DNA from: a bacterium
GTDB lineage: Bacteria > Methylomirabilota > Methylomirabilia > CAVQYV01
Length of the DNA stretch: 20,605 nucleotides
Reading direction: 5' to 3'
Assembly: GCA_043800755.1 (NCBI GenBank)
Contig: JAZDMQ010000074.1
Span: forward strand, 1-20,605
The notes under the pieces are model-generated. The model was not told the origin of the DNA. It did not search any database and saw only the letters and a program-made list of their open reading frames with translations. The position numbers were made by a program, and so were the translations under genes. Below, piece after piece: positions 1-7,873 of the stretch; position 1 is the first letter of the stretch; the number at the start of each line of letters is the position of its first letter.

Positions 1-1053
1 GGAAGGGCGACCTGCCAGAAGCCCGCAGGCCGCAGCGATATCCGCCCCCTTGCTCTTGCGGGTCAGGGCGGTGTAGTGATGATCGATCAGGATTCGCTGG
101 AAGGCCTCCACCGCCTCCGGAGTTGAGGGACGGAGGGTACAGCCCGGCCATTCATTGAGGGGGATGAGATTGATCTTGCAGGGCAATCCCCGCAGGATGG
201 CGGCCAGGGCCTCCGCATCCTTAGCCCGATCGTTCACCCCCGCAATCATCACATATTCGAAGGTGATTCTCTGGCCTCGCGGGAGCGGAAAAGCCTTGCA
301 GGCAGAGAGGATCGCCGCAATCGGGTACTTCCGGTTGATGGACATCAGGTCAGAGCGGGTCAGATCGTCGGCGGCATTGAGGGAGATGGCGAGCTTGACC
401 TTCAGGCCCCAGCGCCCTACCTCGGCCAGGCCAGGGGGAAAGCCCACGGTGGAGAGGCTCACCCGCCGGGGAGAGAAGCACAGGGCACACTGGCTCAGGA
501 TCAGATCTAAGGCCTCCTTGACCGCTTTCAGGTTGAGGAGGGGATCCCCCATCCCCATAAAGACGAGGTTTTTGATCTTTTCCCCCTCTTCGCCCGCTTC
601 GATCTCCTCCTGCAGCGCCGACACCTGCCCCACAATCTCGCGGGCCAACAGGTCCCGCCGATACCCATCCTGGCCAGTGCGGCAGAAGGCGCAGCCCAAG
701 GGGCATCCCACTTGAGAGGAGATGCAGGCGGTCAGGCGGTCCCCATCCCGAATGAGGACGCTCTCAATCCGGCATCCATCTTCCAACTCAAAAAGAAACT
801 TCTGGGTGCCATCCGCCGATCGCTCCCTGCCCACGACTTTGAGGCACCCGATGCGGAACTCCTCCCCCAGCCTCTGCCGAAGGGCCAAGGAGAGGTTGGT
901 CATCTCTTGAAATTCTCTGGCCCGTTTCTGATAAAGCCAGCGCAGAATCTGCCTTGCCCGAAACCCAGGCTCCCCCCAGCGCTCCATCAACTTCGCGAGA
1001 TCATCCGGGGACAGGGCTTTAAGGTCCTGTTTTCCGCTCGATTCATCAACCAT
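1..1053 (-). CDS. rlmN: 23S rRNA/tRNA adenine C2-methyltransferase RlmN (radical SAM); stop codon lies beyond the left edge
   Basis: Not in the ORF track; read by hand. ATG at 1053 (MVDESSGKQDLKAL...), FRARQILRWLY, EMTNLS, TACISSQVGCPLGCAFCRTG (CxxxCxxC), NLVFMGMGDPLLN, C-terminal RKSKGADIAAACGLL. Confidence 0.95.
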   Translation of the reverse strand, partial: MVDESSGKQDLKALSPDDLAKLMERWGEPGFRARQILRWLYQKRAREFQEMTNLSLALRQRLGEEFRIGCLKVVGRERSADGTQKFLFELEDGCRIESVLIRDGDRLTACISSQVGCPLGCAFCRTGQDGYRRDLLAREIVGQVSALQEEIEAGEEGEKIKNLVFMGMGDPLLNLKAVKEALDLILSQCALCFSPRRVSLSTVGFPPGLAEVGRWGLKVKLAISLNAADDLTRSDLMSINRKYPIAAILSACKAFPLPRGQRITFEYVMIAGVNDRAKDAEALAAILRGLPCKINLIPLNEWPGCTLRPSTPEAVEAFQRILIDHHYTALTRKSKGADIAAACGLLAGRPS

Positions 1054-1115
1054 GGATGGGCGCTTCTCTACACCCCTTTCCTTATCTTCGTCTCGCTGCA
1101 TTTTACAGTATAATC

Positions 1116-1158
1116 GTATGAGGCCGGTCGGGGGCCCAAGAAACCCCCGACTTCATAC
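1116..1158. terminator. Stem-loop between the small peptide gene and rlmN, possible terminator
   Basis: GTCGGGGG (1127-1134) pairs with CCCCCGAC (1144-1151); outer GTATGA (1116-1121) pairs with TCATAC (1153-1158). No clear U-tract. Confidence 0.45.
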
Positions 1159-1166
1159 ACCGGTTC

Positions 1167-1247
1167 CTACTTCTTCTTGGCCTTTGCTGGTTTGCTGGTC
1201 TTGGTCTTGGCCGCTGTCTTCTTAGCCGCTGCCTTTTTGGTGGCCAC
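1167..1247 (-). CDS. 26-aa Lys/Ala-rich basic peptide (MATKKAAAKKTAAKTKTSKPAKAKKK)
   Basis: GTG start at 1247, Shine-Dalgarno AGGAGGT (1262-1256) 8 nt upstream, TAG stop at 1169-1167; 11 Lys and 8 Ala of 26 residues; same strand as its neighbours. Confidence 0.75.
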   Translation of the reverse strand: MATKKAAAKKTAAKTKTSKPAKAKKK

Positions 1248-1307
1248 CTTTTCTCACCTCCTTTCCCTGGAGCTGATCCCGGGACCTCAATGCCTTTGCC
1301 CGGATAC

Positions 1308-1691
1308 TCAACCCTGCTCCTGTTCTTCTCTCTCTTCTTTTTCTATCGCCCTCAATTCCTCTTCTTCCAATCCGAAATAATGACCAATTTCGTGGAGCAA
1401 TACCTCCCTGACCTGCTCTCTCATCTCCGCCTCATTCCGGCAGTACCTCTCGATGGGACCCTGGTAGATGGTAATCTGATCGGGCAGGACATTTCCATAC
1501 CAGGTGCCCCGTTCCTTAAGCGGATACCCATGATACAGGCCCAACAGGCTGCTTCTCCGGCCACCTCCCCTCCTGCTTGGGGGAGGCCAGTCCTCCACCA
1601 GGATCTCCACATTTTCCAGCCTCCTGCGAAATTCCCCCGGGAGATCCCGCAGGGCCTGAACAATCAATTGTTGAAAGCGTCTGCGGTCCAT
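1308..1691 (-). CDS. Minimal zincin-like metallopeptidase family protein
   Basis: HEIGHYFG (HExxH), LLGLYHGYP, LPDQITIYQGP; 127 aa. Confidence 0.9.
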   Translation of the reverse strand: MDRRRFQQLIVQALRDLPGEFRRRLENVEILVEDWPPPSRRGGGRRSSLLGLYHGYPLKERGTWYGNVLPDQITIYQGPIERYCRNEAEMREQVREVLLHEIGHYFGLEEEELRAIEKEEREEQEQG

Positions 1692-1694
1692 CCT

Positions 1695-2513
1695 TCATGA
1701 CTTCTCGTCCGAATCGAGGTCAAGGCGCATGTGGTCGTAGGCCGCCAGGACCCGGGTCCCCAACTCCTGCTCGATGCTGGCGGCCAGCTCCCAGGGCTTG
1801 GCCCTCAGCATGGTCATGCCGAAGTGGGTGAGGATGGCCAATTTGGGCCTCCGCGCCCGGATGATCCTTTTGGCGTCTTCCAGGCAGAGATGATCGATCT
1901 CCCGACTCTGCAGCAAGACCACATTGAGGAGCAGGACATCCTCCTCGCCCTCCACCTCCTCCAGCTCGGGGAAATAGCGGGTATCGGAAATCAGGGAGAT
2001 GGTCTTCCCACCCCCCTTGAACCTCAAGGCATAGTTCTCCACCGGATGGAGCAGGCGCAGGGGGACCTCGATGGAGAGCCCACCCATCTGAAAATGCGAG
2101 CCCTCCCGCAAGACCTCCATCCGCTCCACATAGGATCGCAAGTATCCAAAGATGACCCCATCGTTTTCATAGGCATCCTGGGGGGCCAGGACAGCCCCCT
2201 TGGGGTGAAAGCCCCCTTCGGTCATGGCCTCAATCATCACATTGACATCTGCCGAGTGGTCGAGGTGCTTGTGGGTTAGCACAATCGCCGAGAGATGGGT
2301 GGGGTCGAGCCCCAGCCGTTTGGAGGTCAGGTGGACGAGCGCGCCCGGGCCCGGGTCCACATGGATCTGGCTCCCGTCCAGGCTCATCCAGATCCCCCCC
2401 GAGGCCCTGACCTGTTTGAAGACCACGATCCTCGCCCCTCCGGTGCCGAGAAAGATCATCTCCGGGGAGGAGGTGCCTCTTCGCTCCTCATTGTCCTCAG
2501 GGGCTCTCTTCAT
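1695..2513 (-). CDS. MBL-fold metallo-hydrolase (PhnP/RNase Z-like)
   Basis: FLGTGG, VDPGPG, THKHLDH (HxHxDH), ISDT, HL, LTHF, AAYD; 4-nt ATGA overlap with the upstream HAD gene. Confidence 0.9.
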   Translation of the reverse strand: MKRAPEDNEERRGTSSPEMIFLGTGGARIVVFKQVRASGGIWMSLDGSQIHVDPGPGALVHLTSKRLGLDPTHLSAIVLTHKHLDHSADVNVMIEAMTEGGFHPKGAVLAPQDAYENDGVIFGYLRSYVERMEVLREGSHFQMGGLSIEVPLRLLHPVENYALRFKGGGKTISLISDTRYFPELEEVEGEEDVLLLNVVLLQSREIDHLCLEDAKRIIRARRPKLAILTHFGMTMLRAKPWELAASIEQELGTRVLAAYDHMRLDLDSDEKS

Positions 2514-3262
2514 CCAAACCTCTCCAACCGCTCCAGGATCGCCTCCAGTTGGGACAGATCCTCGATGATTCCATCCGGCTGAACATCAGCCCTCTTCTCT
2601 TCGCCCCGATCCAGGTGAATGGCCTTCATCCCTACGCCTTTGGCCCCACTCACATCGCAACGCAAATCATCCCCCACATGCAGGGCTCGGCTCGGCCTGA
2701 CCTTCATCGCATCCAGGTGGTGGAGGAAGATCCTGCAATCGGGCTTCCGCACCCGGAGCTCATCGGAGAAGGTCAGGACATCGAAGAAGGAGAGGATCTC
2801 TAATTGCTCCAATACCGTCTTCAGGATGTAGCCCGGCGTTCGTCCCGTATTGGAGATGATCCCTACCCTGCACCCTGATTCCTTCACCCGCTGGAGGATC
2901 TCCTTCGCCCCAGGGCAGAGCACAGGGGGGGCCTGAAGCAGCGGAGTCGCATAAGCCTTCTCCAGATCCTCCAGGAGTTTCTCTTCCAGGCAGAGGGACC
3001 GATCCGGGCCCAGGCATTCCAAAAAGATCAATATCTGCTCTCCGGGGCTGATATCCACATCCTTCGCCCAGATCCGCATAATACGCTGGCCCGACTCATC
3101 GTAGGCATGGTGGATCGCCTCCAGGGACAGGGAGATTCCCCGAGCGGCCAGTACCTCCCGGATCCCATCCTGTCGGATTTCCCTGGCCTTCTGCAAACCC
3201 TCAGGGGTATCGAGGACCAGAGTCTGCCAATAGTCGAAGGTAATCGCGTCTAAGGCCCCCAA
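2510..3262 (-). CDS. HAD-superfamily hydrolase (subfamily IA)
   Basis: Motif I ITFDYWQTL, motif II ISNT, motif III RKPD, motif IV HVGDDLRCDVSGA; TTG start after a purine-rich RBS. Confidence 0.9.
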   Translation of the reverse strand: MGALDAITFDYWQTLVLDTPEGLQKAREIRQDGIREVLAARGISLSLEAIHHAYDESGQRIMRIWAKDVDISPGEQILIFLECLGPDRSLCLEEKLLEDLEKAYATPLLQAPPVLCPGAKEILQRVKESGCRVGIISNTGRTPGYILKTVLEQLEILSFFDVLTFSDELRVRKPDCRIFLHHLDAMKVRPSRALHVGDDLRCDVSGAKGVGMKAIHLDRGEEKRADVQPDGIIEDLSQLEAILERLERFG

Positions 3263-3338
3263 TTTCCCTTCCTCTTATTCACCGGAGATTGCTCCAGTCG
3301 GCTGATGCGCATAAGACCATCCAATCCTTTGCTCTCCT

Positions 3339-4625
3339 TCAGGCGAAGAGGGACATCTGTCCCTGTTCTCTCCCCCCTGCCGGCGATTCTTCTCGTCCCT
3401 CCCCTTCTTCACTATAGATGTCGACCTTGCCATAGACCCCATCGTGACCAGGGAGGATGCGCAATCTTCCCTCGCGGACCCGCAAGATCCCTTCCAGGAT
3501 GCGAGGGGTGCAGAAATTGGCCAGATCCGCCGGCGACAGGTCGAGGAGGATGTTGAATTCCGACCCTCCGTGGGAGATCATCCTCTGATACTCCTTCTCG
3601 ACCGCCGCGGTCTCCACCCCCTGCTCCAGGGCCGCGGCGATGATCTCTTCCAGGGGGACCAGATGGACCGCCGGGATGCCCCCCGGAGGCATGATCCCTG
3701 AAGGGCGGTCCGCCAGGGAGTCCACTCGATTCATGACGCCTACCGTCAACCGCTTCTTACAGACCGGGCAGACGCCATTGTTTCTTTTGGTCTCCGCGGG
3801 AGAGGAGATCACCCCGCAGGCGCGATGCCCGTCATAGTGGTACTTCCCCTCTTCCGGATAGAACTCAATGGTGAAGAGGAGCTTCCCTCGATCCTTCCTC
3901 CGGATCGCCTCGCACATCCCCTGATAGGTCGGCTCTCCGGCGAAGACATTGGCCTCCCTCCCAATGCGGCTGGGGGAGTGGGCATCGGAATTGGAAATCA
4001 GGGTAATGGAATCCAGGGCTGAGAGGCGCCAGTTCATCTCCGGGTCAGAGGAGAGCCCGGTCTCGATCGCATAGATGAACTTGGATTCTGCACCAAAGCA
4101 CTCCTCCAGCGAATCGAACCCGGAATTGGACCCGAAGAGAGAAAACCACGGGGTCCAGGCGTGGGCCGGGATCAGAAGACACTCCGACGAGATATCTAGG
4201 ACGATCTTCACCAGATCCTTGACTGGAAAACCGAAAGTCGGACGGCCATCCGCGGAGAGCCTTCCCATCTTTCCCAGGCGCACATTGATCCTTTCGGCGA
4301 CCTCGAAATTGGGGGCGATGATGAGGCTATGGATCTTGCGGGTCCTTCCCCCCTCGGAAAAGATGTTGCTCACCTCGGCAGTGAGGATAAAATAAATGCG
4401 GTATCCTCCTTCGGTAAGGGCCAGCAGGCCATTGGACTGTGGCTCTAATCTCGCCTTCAGCTCCGCGAAATAAGTGGGATGGGTAAAATCTCCGGTCCCC
4501 AACACTTTAATCCCTTTGATCTCCGCCCATTTGGCCAGGGTCTCTGGCTGCATCTCCCGGCTGGTGGCCCGACTGTATTTGGAATGGACATGGAAATCGG
4601 CAATGAAGCGATAGGCTTCCGTCAT
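3339..4625 (-). CDS. Endonuclease Q family protein (PHP domain + Zn ribbon), stand-alone
   Basis: ADFHVHSKYSRATS, GTGDFTHP, IPAHAWTPW, IETGLSSD, SNSDAHS, GREAN, EEGKYHYDGHRACG...CPVC, VGVMNRV, PGHDGVYG; ends in QMSLFA. Confidence 0.92.
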   Translation of the reverse strand: MTEAYRFIADFHVHSKYSRATSREMQPETLAKWAEIKGIKVLGTGDFTHPTYFAELKARLEPQSNGLLALTEGGYRIYFILTAEVSNIFSEGGRTRKIHSLIIAPNFEVAERINVRLGKMGRLSADGRPTFGFPVKDLVKIVLDISSECLLIPAHAWTPWFSLFGSNSGFDSLEECFGAESKFIYAIETGLSSDPEMNWRLSALDSITLISNSDAHSPSRIGREANVFAGEPTYQGMCEAIRRKDRGKLLFTIEFYPEEGKYHYDGHRACGVISSPAETKRNNGVCPVCKKRLTVGVMNRVDSLADRPSGIMPPGGIPAVHLVPLEEIIAAALEQGVETAAVEKEYQRMISHGGSEFNILLDLSPADLANFCTPRILEGILRVREGRLRILPGHDGVYGKVDIYSEEGEGREESPAGGREQGQMSLFA

Positions 4626-5197
4626 ATCAGCAAGGACTCATAGACGAATTGCCGCCCGCCCTCGCTCAACAACTCTTCCCGGCGCTGCACCAATTGCAGC
4701 TTGTAGAGATTCGCCAAACGGGTGCTGCTGGTATTGATCTCCAGATCCTGCGCGTCAGCGAGATCCCGGGCCGTGATCCGTCCCTTACTCATCACCTCGT
4801 CCAGGGTCTCCTTCAGGTAATTGTTGAGCACCCCCAGGACCTGCCACCTCTTATCCTCATTTAGAAAAAAGGCCGCCAGGTGCTTGCGTTCGAGGGCAAC
4901 CTCGATATTCTCCGTCTGGGTGGCGTTGAGGCCCCGGAGAAGAAAGTAGCGGCTCCCGTATTCCCCAGCATTGAGGCGAGAGATGAGCTTGGCCACGATC
5001 TCATCGGCACAAGAGTAATCCAGTATCCCGACTCCTTTGAAGTCAAGGATGACCACCTCGCTCTCGGGCTCTGCGTGTAATCGCTCCTCTAAAGCCTCTC
5101 GCATGCGCCTGCCCGTCTCTCGGGTGACGAGATTACGAGAGCCATTGACCAGGAACTCCTTCATAACCTCTCGTAGAGAGAAAACCCTCTTCCTCAA
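4622..5197 (-). CDS. STAS-like domain + C-terminal winged-helix protein (CapS-like putative repressor); start uncertain (TTG 5197 preferred, track gives 5248)
   Basis: LVTRETGRRMR...VVILDFKGVGILDYSCADEIV (STAS/DUF4325-like, Ser at the SpoIIAA phospho-site position); C-terminal ITARDLADAQDLEINTSSTRLANLYKLQLVQRREE...GGRQFVY is wHTH-like. Stop overlaps the endoQ start (ATGA). Confidence 0.8.
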   Translation of the reverse strand: MRKRVFSLREVMKEFLVNGSRNLVTRETGRRMREALEERLHAEPESEVVILDFKGVGILDYSCADEIVAKLISRLNAGEYGSRYFLLRGLNATQTENIEVALERKHLAAFFLNEDKRWQVLGVLNNYLKETLDEVMSKGRITARDLADAQDLEINTSSTRLANLYKLQLVQRREELLSEGGRQFVYESLLI

Positions 5198-5315
5198 GCC
5201 ACATCCCTTGAGGGCTTCCACAGCAAGCTGGGAAGGCCTCAAATGCAAGATCTCTGAACCATCCTATCTGATCGCTGCCCCGCAAAACGACGGCCGATTT
5301 CACCCGATCTGCGTT

Positions 5316-5334
5316 TTCAATGGATTCAATTGAA
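5316..5334. promoter_or_regulatory. Candidate operator: TTCAAT-N7-ATTGAA inverted repeat containing the perfect palindrome TTCAATTGAA
   Basis: TTCAAT 5316-5321, ATTGAA 5329-5334, nested palindrome 5325-5334; lies immediately downstream of the minus-strand -10 box. Confidence 0.55.
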
Positions 5335-5337
5335 CAC

Positions 5338-5366
5338 AAACTATACGGATGAAAGCGAGCTGTCAA
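5338..5366 (-). promoter_or_regulatory. Sigma70-type promoter for the STAS-wHTH/endoQ operon
   Basis: Minus strand TTGACA (5366-5361), 17-nt spacer, TAGTTT (5343-5338); alternative TATAGT at a 15-nt spacer. Confidence 0.65.
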
Positions 5367-5414
5367 GAAAATAATGCAGAGGATGCTGATGGTTTTTTTG
5401 AGTGGTCTGGTGAA

Positions 5415-6383
5415 TCAGGAATGCATCTCGGGCAGGATGATGGAGATGAGGGTTCCGGGAAAAGGGGGAAGGTTGACTTGATGCTGAGCAGAGGAGTCCC
5501 AGGGCGGAGGCAGGACCAGGCGCGCAGTCCCCGAGCGGATGCTGATCTCCCCCTTCCATCTTTGCACCAGCTTCCTGACCTCGCTCAGGCCGTGGCCCCG
5601 CCCTAGGTCAGAAAAACGAGAGGCCCCTTCAAACAGGGCCAGCCAGATCGCTCGAAAGTCGTTCCAGTTCGTCCCGAAGGAAGAGGCATATTTGTCGGTC
5701 AGGGACTGCCGAATGCCGATCCCCAGATCCATCACCGCGATCTTGACCACATTCTTCCCCAACCGCCTTCCAAAAAAATACTTTTGGATGCAGACGAATC
5801 CCATGTCCTGGCTATGCTCGGGGATATTCTGGCAGACCTCGGAGAGGGCCACCACAAAGAGATCGATGGCCCGGGAGTCATAATTCAGATTGATCCGCAG
5901 GATAGACTCCGCCCTCCTCTCCACCTCCTCCACGATGGCATGAATGTCATAGCTGCCTTTGATCGGGGTAATCTCCAGCAGCACATCGGAGCGGGGATTG
6001 CGCAGGAATCTCCCCTCTGGCCAGGGGATGGAATGCATGATCTGGTAGATCCCGGAGTTGGCCTTGAAGAAGTCCATCCGGTCCATATATTTGACGACTT
6101 CCTCCCTCCGCGGGAGAGAGACCCGGGGCGAGATCTCGTGATCCCTCAGATAGCGCCCGATCTCCAAGAGGCCGATCATGCCATAGGGGTCGACGAACCT
6201 CACCCGGCCCAGATCAACCTCCCAGGCGGAAAAGCCCCCGTCATGCCTCAGATCGAGTTGCTGGATCAGAGACTCCAGGCTGGATTCCTGGAGAAAGGGC
6301 GGGGAGAGAATCTTTTGATTAAATCCTCCCTCAATCAGCTCGGATTCACCCTTCAAAGGTAAGGACTCATTATTCACCACCAC
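5415..6383 (-). CDS. N-terminal STAS-like + GHKL/HATPase protein (anti-sigma-type Ser kinase, CapK-like)
   Basis: VDLGRVRFVDPYG (STAS-like), KYMDRMDFF, N-box SEVCQNIPEHS, G1 AVMDLGIGI, G2 GRGHGL, ISIRSG, FPGT; no His-phosphoacceptor or TM segment seen. Confidence 0.85.
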   Translation of the reverse strand: MVVNNESLPLKGESELIEGGFNQKILSPPFLQESSLESLIQQLDLRHDGGFSAWEVDLGRVRFVDPYGMIGLLEIGRYLRDHEISPRVSLPRREEVVKYMDRMDFFKANSGIYQIMHSIPWPEGRFLRNPRSDVLLEITPIKGSYDIHAIVEEVERRAESILRINLNYDSRAIDLFVVALSEVCQNIPEHSQDMGFVCIQKYFFGRRLGKNVVKIAVMDLGIGIRQSLTDKYASSFGTNWNDFRAIWLALFEGASRFSDLGRGHGLSEVRKLVQRWKGEISIRSGTARLVLPPPWDSSAQHQVNLPPFPGTLISIILPEMHS

Positions 6384-6468
6384 GGCTCGCTACTCCCACA
6401 GCAGGACGGCGAAAAGAGGCTTGCCGTGCCTTCAGCTGAGAGGGCATCCCTTTCCGTCAGGTCGGCCC

Positions 6469-7308
6469 TCAGCCCTTGTGGACCTGGTAGAGGCAACAAA
6501 GAGCGCCCCCCAGTCCAAGCAGCCCGGCCACTGACTTGATCAGCCAGCCGAAAAGAGGGACCAGGCCGATCAACGACAGGACGATGAGTCCCCACAAGGT
6601 CTCCCAAAATATGGGTTGATTCGGTTTCCTCAGGGCCGCGGTTATCCTTTTGCCGATGAGCTGGGCCACGGCGATGTACCCTATTAGGGTGGCGCCGACG
6701 ACGAAAATCATCTCCAGCGGGATGAGCACGATGCCCACGATCGATATCGCCAGCAGGATGGCCAGCGGCACAATCAGCACCATCCCCAGCAGGCCCCACC
6801 CAATGACCTTGGCGGTTTTTTCCTCTATCGTCGCGGAGATGAGTCCCACTGGCCTGGGGATCAGGGAGACAATCAACAGGGCCAGCGCCATAAAACCGAT
6901 CGCGGCAATGATGGAGAAAAGGCGAAAAGCCCAGAAGAAGCCGGGCCAGTTTCCCTGAAAGACGGAGGCCACCACGGAAGAGACGCCCGGGAGAGGAACC
7001 TCAACCAGATTACCTCCGACCTGTGCCCCTTCCTCCTTTTCGATCGCTCCTCCAATGGAGACCACATTCCCGCCCACGGTGGCGCTGGGGCCCAGGGAGA
7101 CGGAACCCGCCACCGCCACCACATTGCGCTCTACTGCCCCATCTACCGTCACATCGCCGCCAATCGCCACCGCATCGCGCACCTTCATCCCCTCTTCAAT
7201 TGCCACATCGCCGCCGAATTTGACCAAGTCCCTGGTTTCTGCCCCAGCCGCCGCCCCCAGGCCCAGGAACAACCCCACCATCAGAGGACCGACCAGCCAC
7301 CTTTCCAT
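6469..7308 (-). CDS. Membrane protein with an N-terminal Gly/Val-rich beta-helix (polymer-forming/bactofilin-like) region and about 4 C-terminal TM helices
   Basis: Signal-peptide-like MERWLVGPLMVGLFLGLGAAAGA; repeats VKFGGDVAI / VAIGGDVTV / VAVAGSVSL / VSIGGAI; hydrophobic C-terminal half. ATG 7308 follows AAGGAG. Confidence 0.75.
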   Translation of the reverse strand: MERWLVGPLMVGLFLGLGAAAGAETRDLVKFGGDVAIEEGMKVRDAVAIGGDVTVDGAVERNVVAVAGSVSLGPSATVGGNVVSIGGAIEKEEGAQVGGNLVEVPLPGVSSVVASVFQGNWPGFFWAFRLFSIIAAIGFMALALLIVSLIPRPVGLISATIEEKTAKVIGWGLLGMVLIVPLAILLAISIVGIVLIPLEMIFVVGATLIGYIAVAQLIGKRITAALRKPNQPIFWETLWGLIVLSLIGLVPLFGWLIKSVAGLLGLGGALCCLYQVHKG

Positions 7309-7535
7309 CTTCCGCCTCTCCTTCCCTCTCAAGACCTCAATCGGAGCTCGCATCCCGCAGATCTCCTCGGGAATTCCATTATAGCCTATCTCACTCTCCT
7401 ATCTGAACTCATTTCTTTAAGAAAACGAAAAAATGCCTATTTTTGCACAGGAGCCACGGTTGGCAAAGGAGTTCGACTTTTGCTCGTTGACGATAGAGAA
7501 GAGGCATGATAGATACTTGCCCAAGGAACCACAAG

Positions 7536-7818
7536 ATGATCGCCTTCTATTTCAAGGGACTCATGATCAAGAACCGGAAATTCATCCTGGCAGAGGTTCT
7601 GGCGGCCAAAGGACTTATGGCCTTGCTGATGAAACATCGAAATACGGGCCTAAAATGGACCGGGGAGAGAGAAGCGGGAGATCAAGATGCACCTGAGGAA
7701 TATCTCCAAGATGATCCCGGTGTTGGTCGTCTTTTTGTTTCCCGGCGGGTCGTTGCTTTTACCTTTTCTGGCAGAGGTCCTCGATCGAAGAAAGACGAGG
7801 GAACCAGCAATAGAATAG
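7536..7818 (+). pseudogene. Small LETM1-like hypothetical protein split by a +1 frameshift
   Basis: First frame MIAFYFKG...GLMALLMKHRNTGLKWT continues after a shift at GGGGAGAGAGAAG (7662-7674) as EKREIKMHLRNISKMIPVLVVFLFPGGSLLLPFLAEVLDRRKTREPAIE*; span is 283 nt (3n+1). Confidence 0.65.
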
Positions 7819-7873
7819 AGTGGCTGGCTCACACCCCGAGGCAATCAGCAACCTTAAGCAGGCTACCACAACC

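Noticed and set aside
155-1113. Plus-strand ORFs 155-715 and 712-1113
   Set aside because: Antisense shadows of rlmN, which has all its family motifs on the minus strand.
1177-1380. Hydrophobic 67-aa plus-strand ORF that looks like a membrane peptide
   Set aside because: It is the reverse complement of the Lys/Ala peptide codons; the RBS is on the minus strand.
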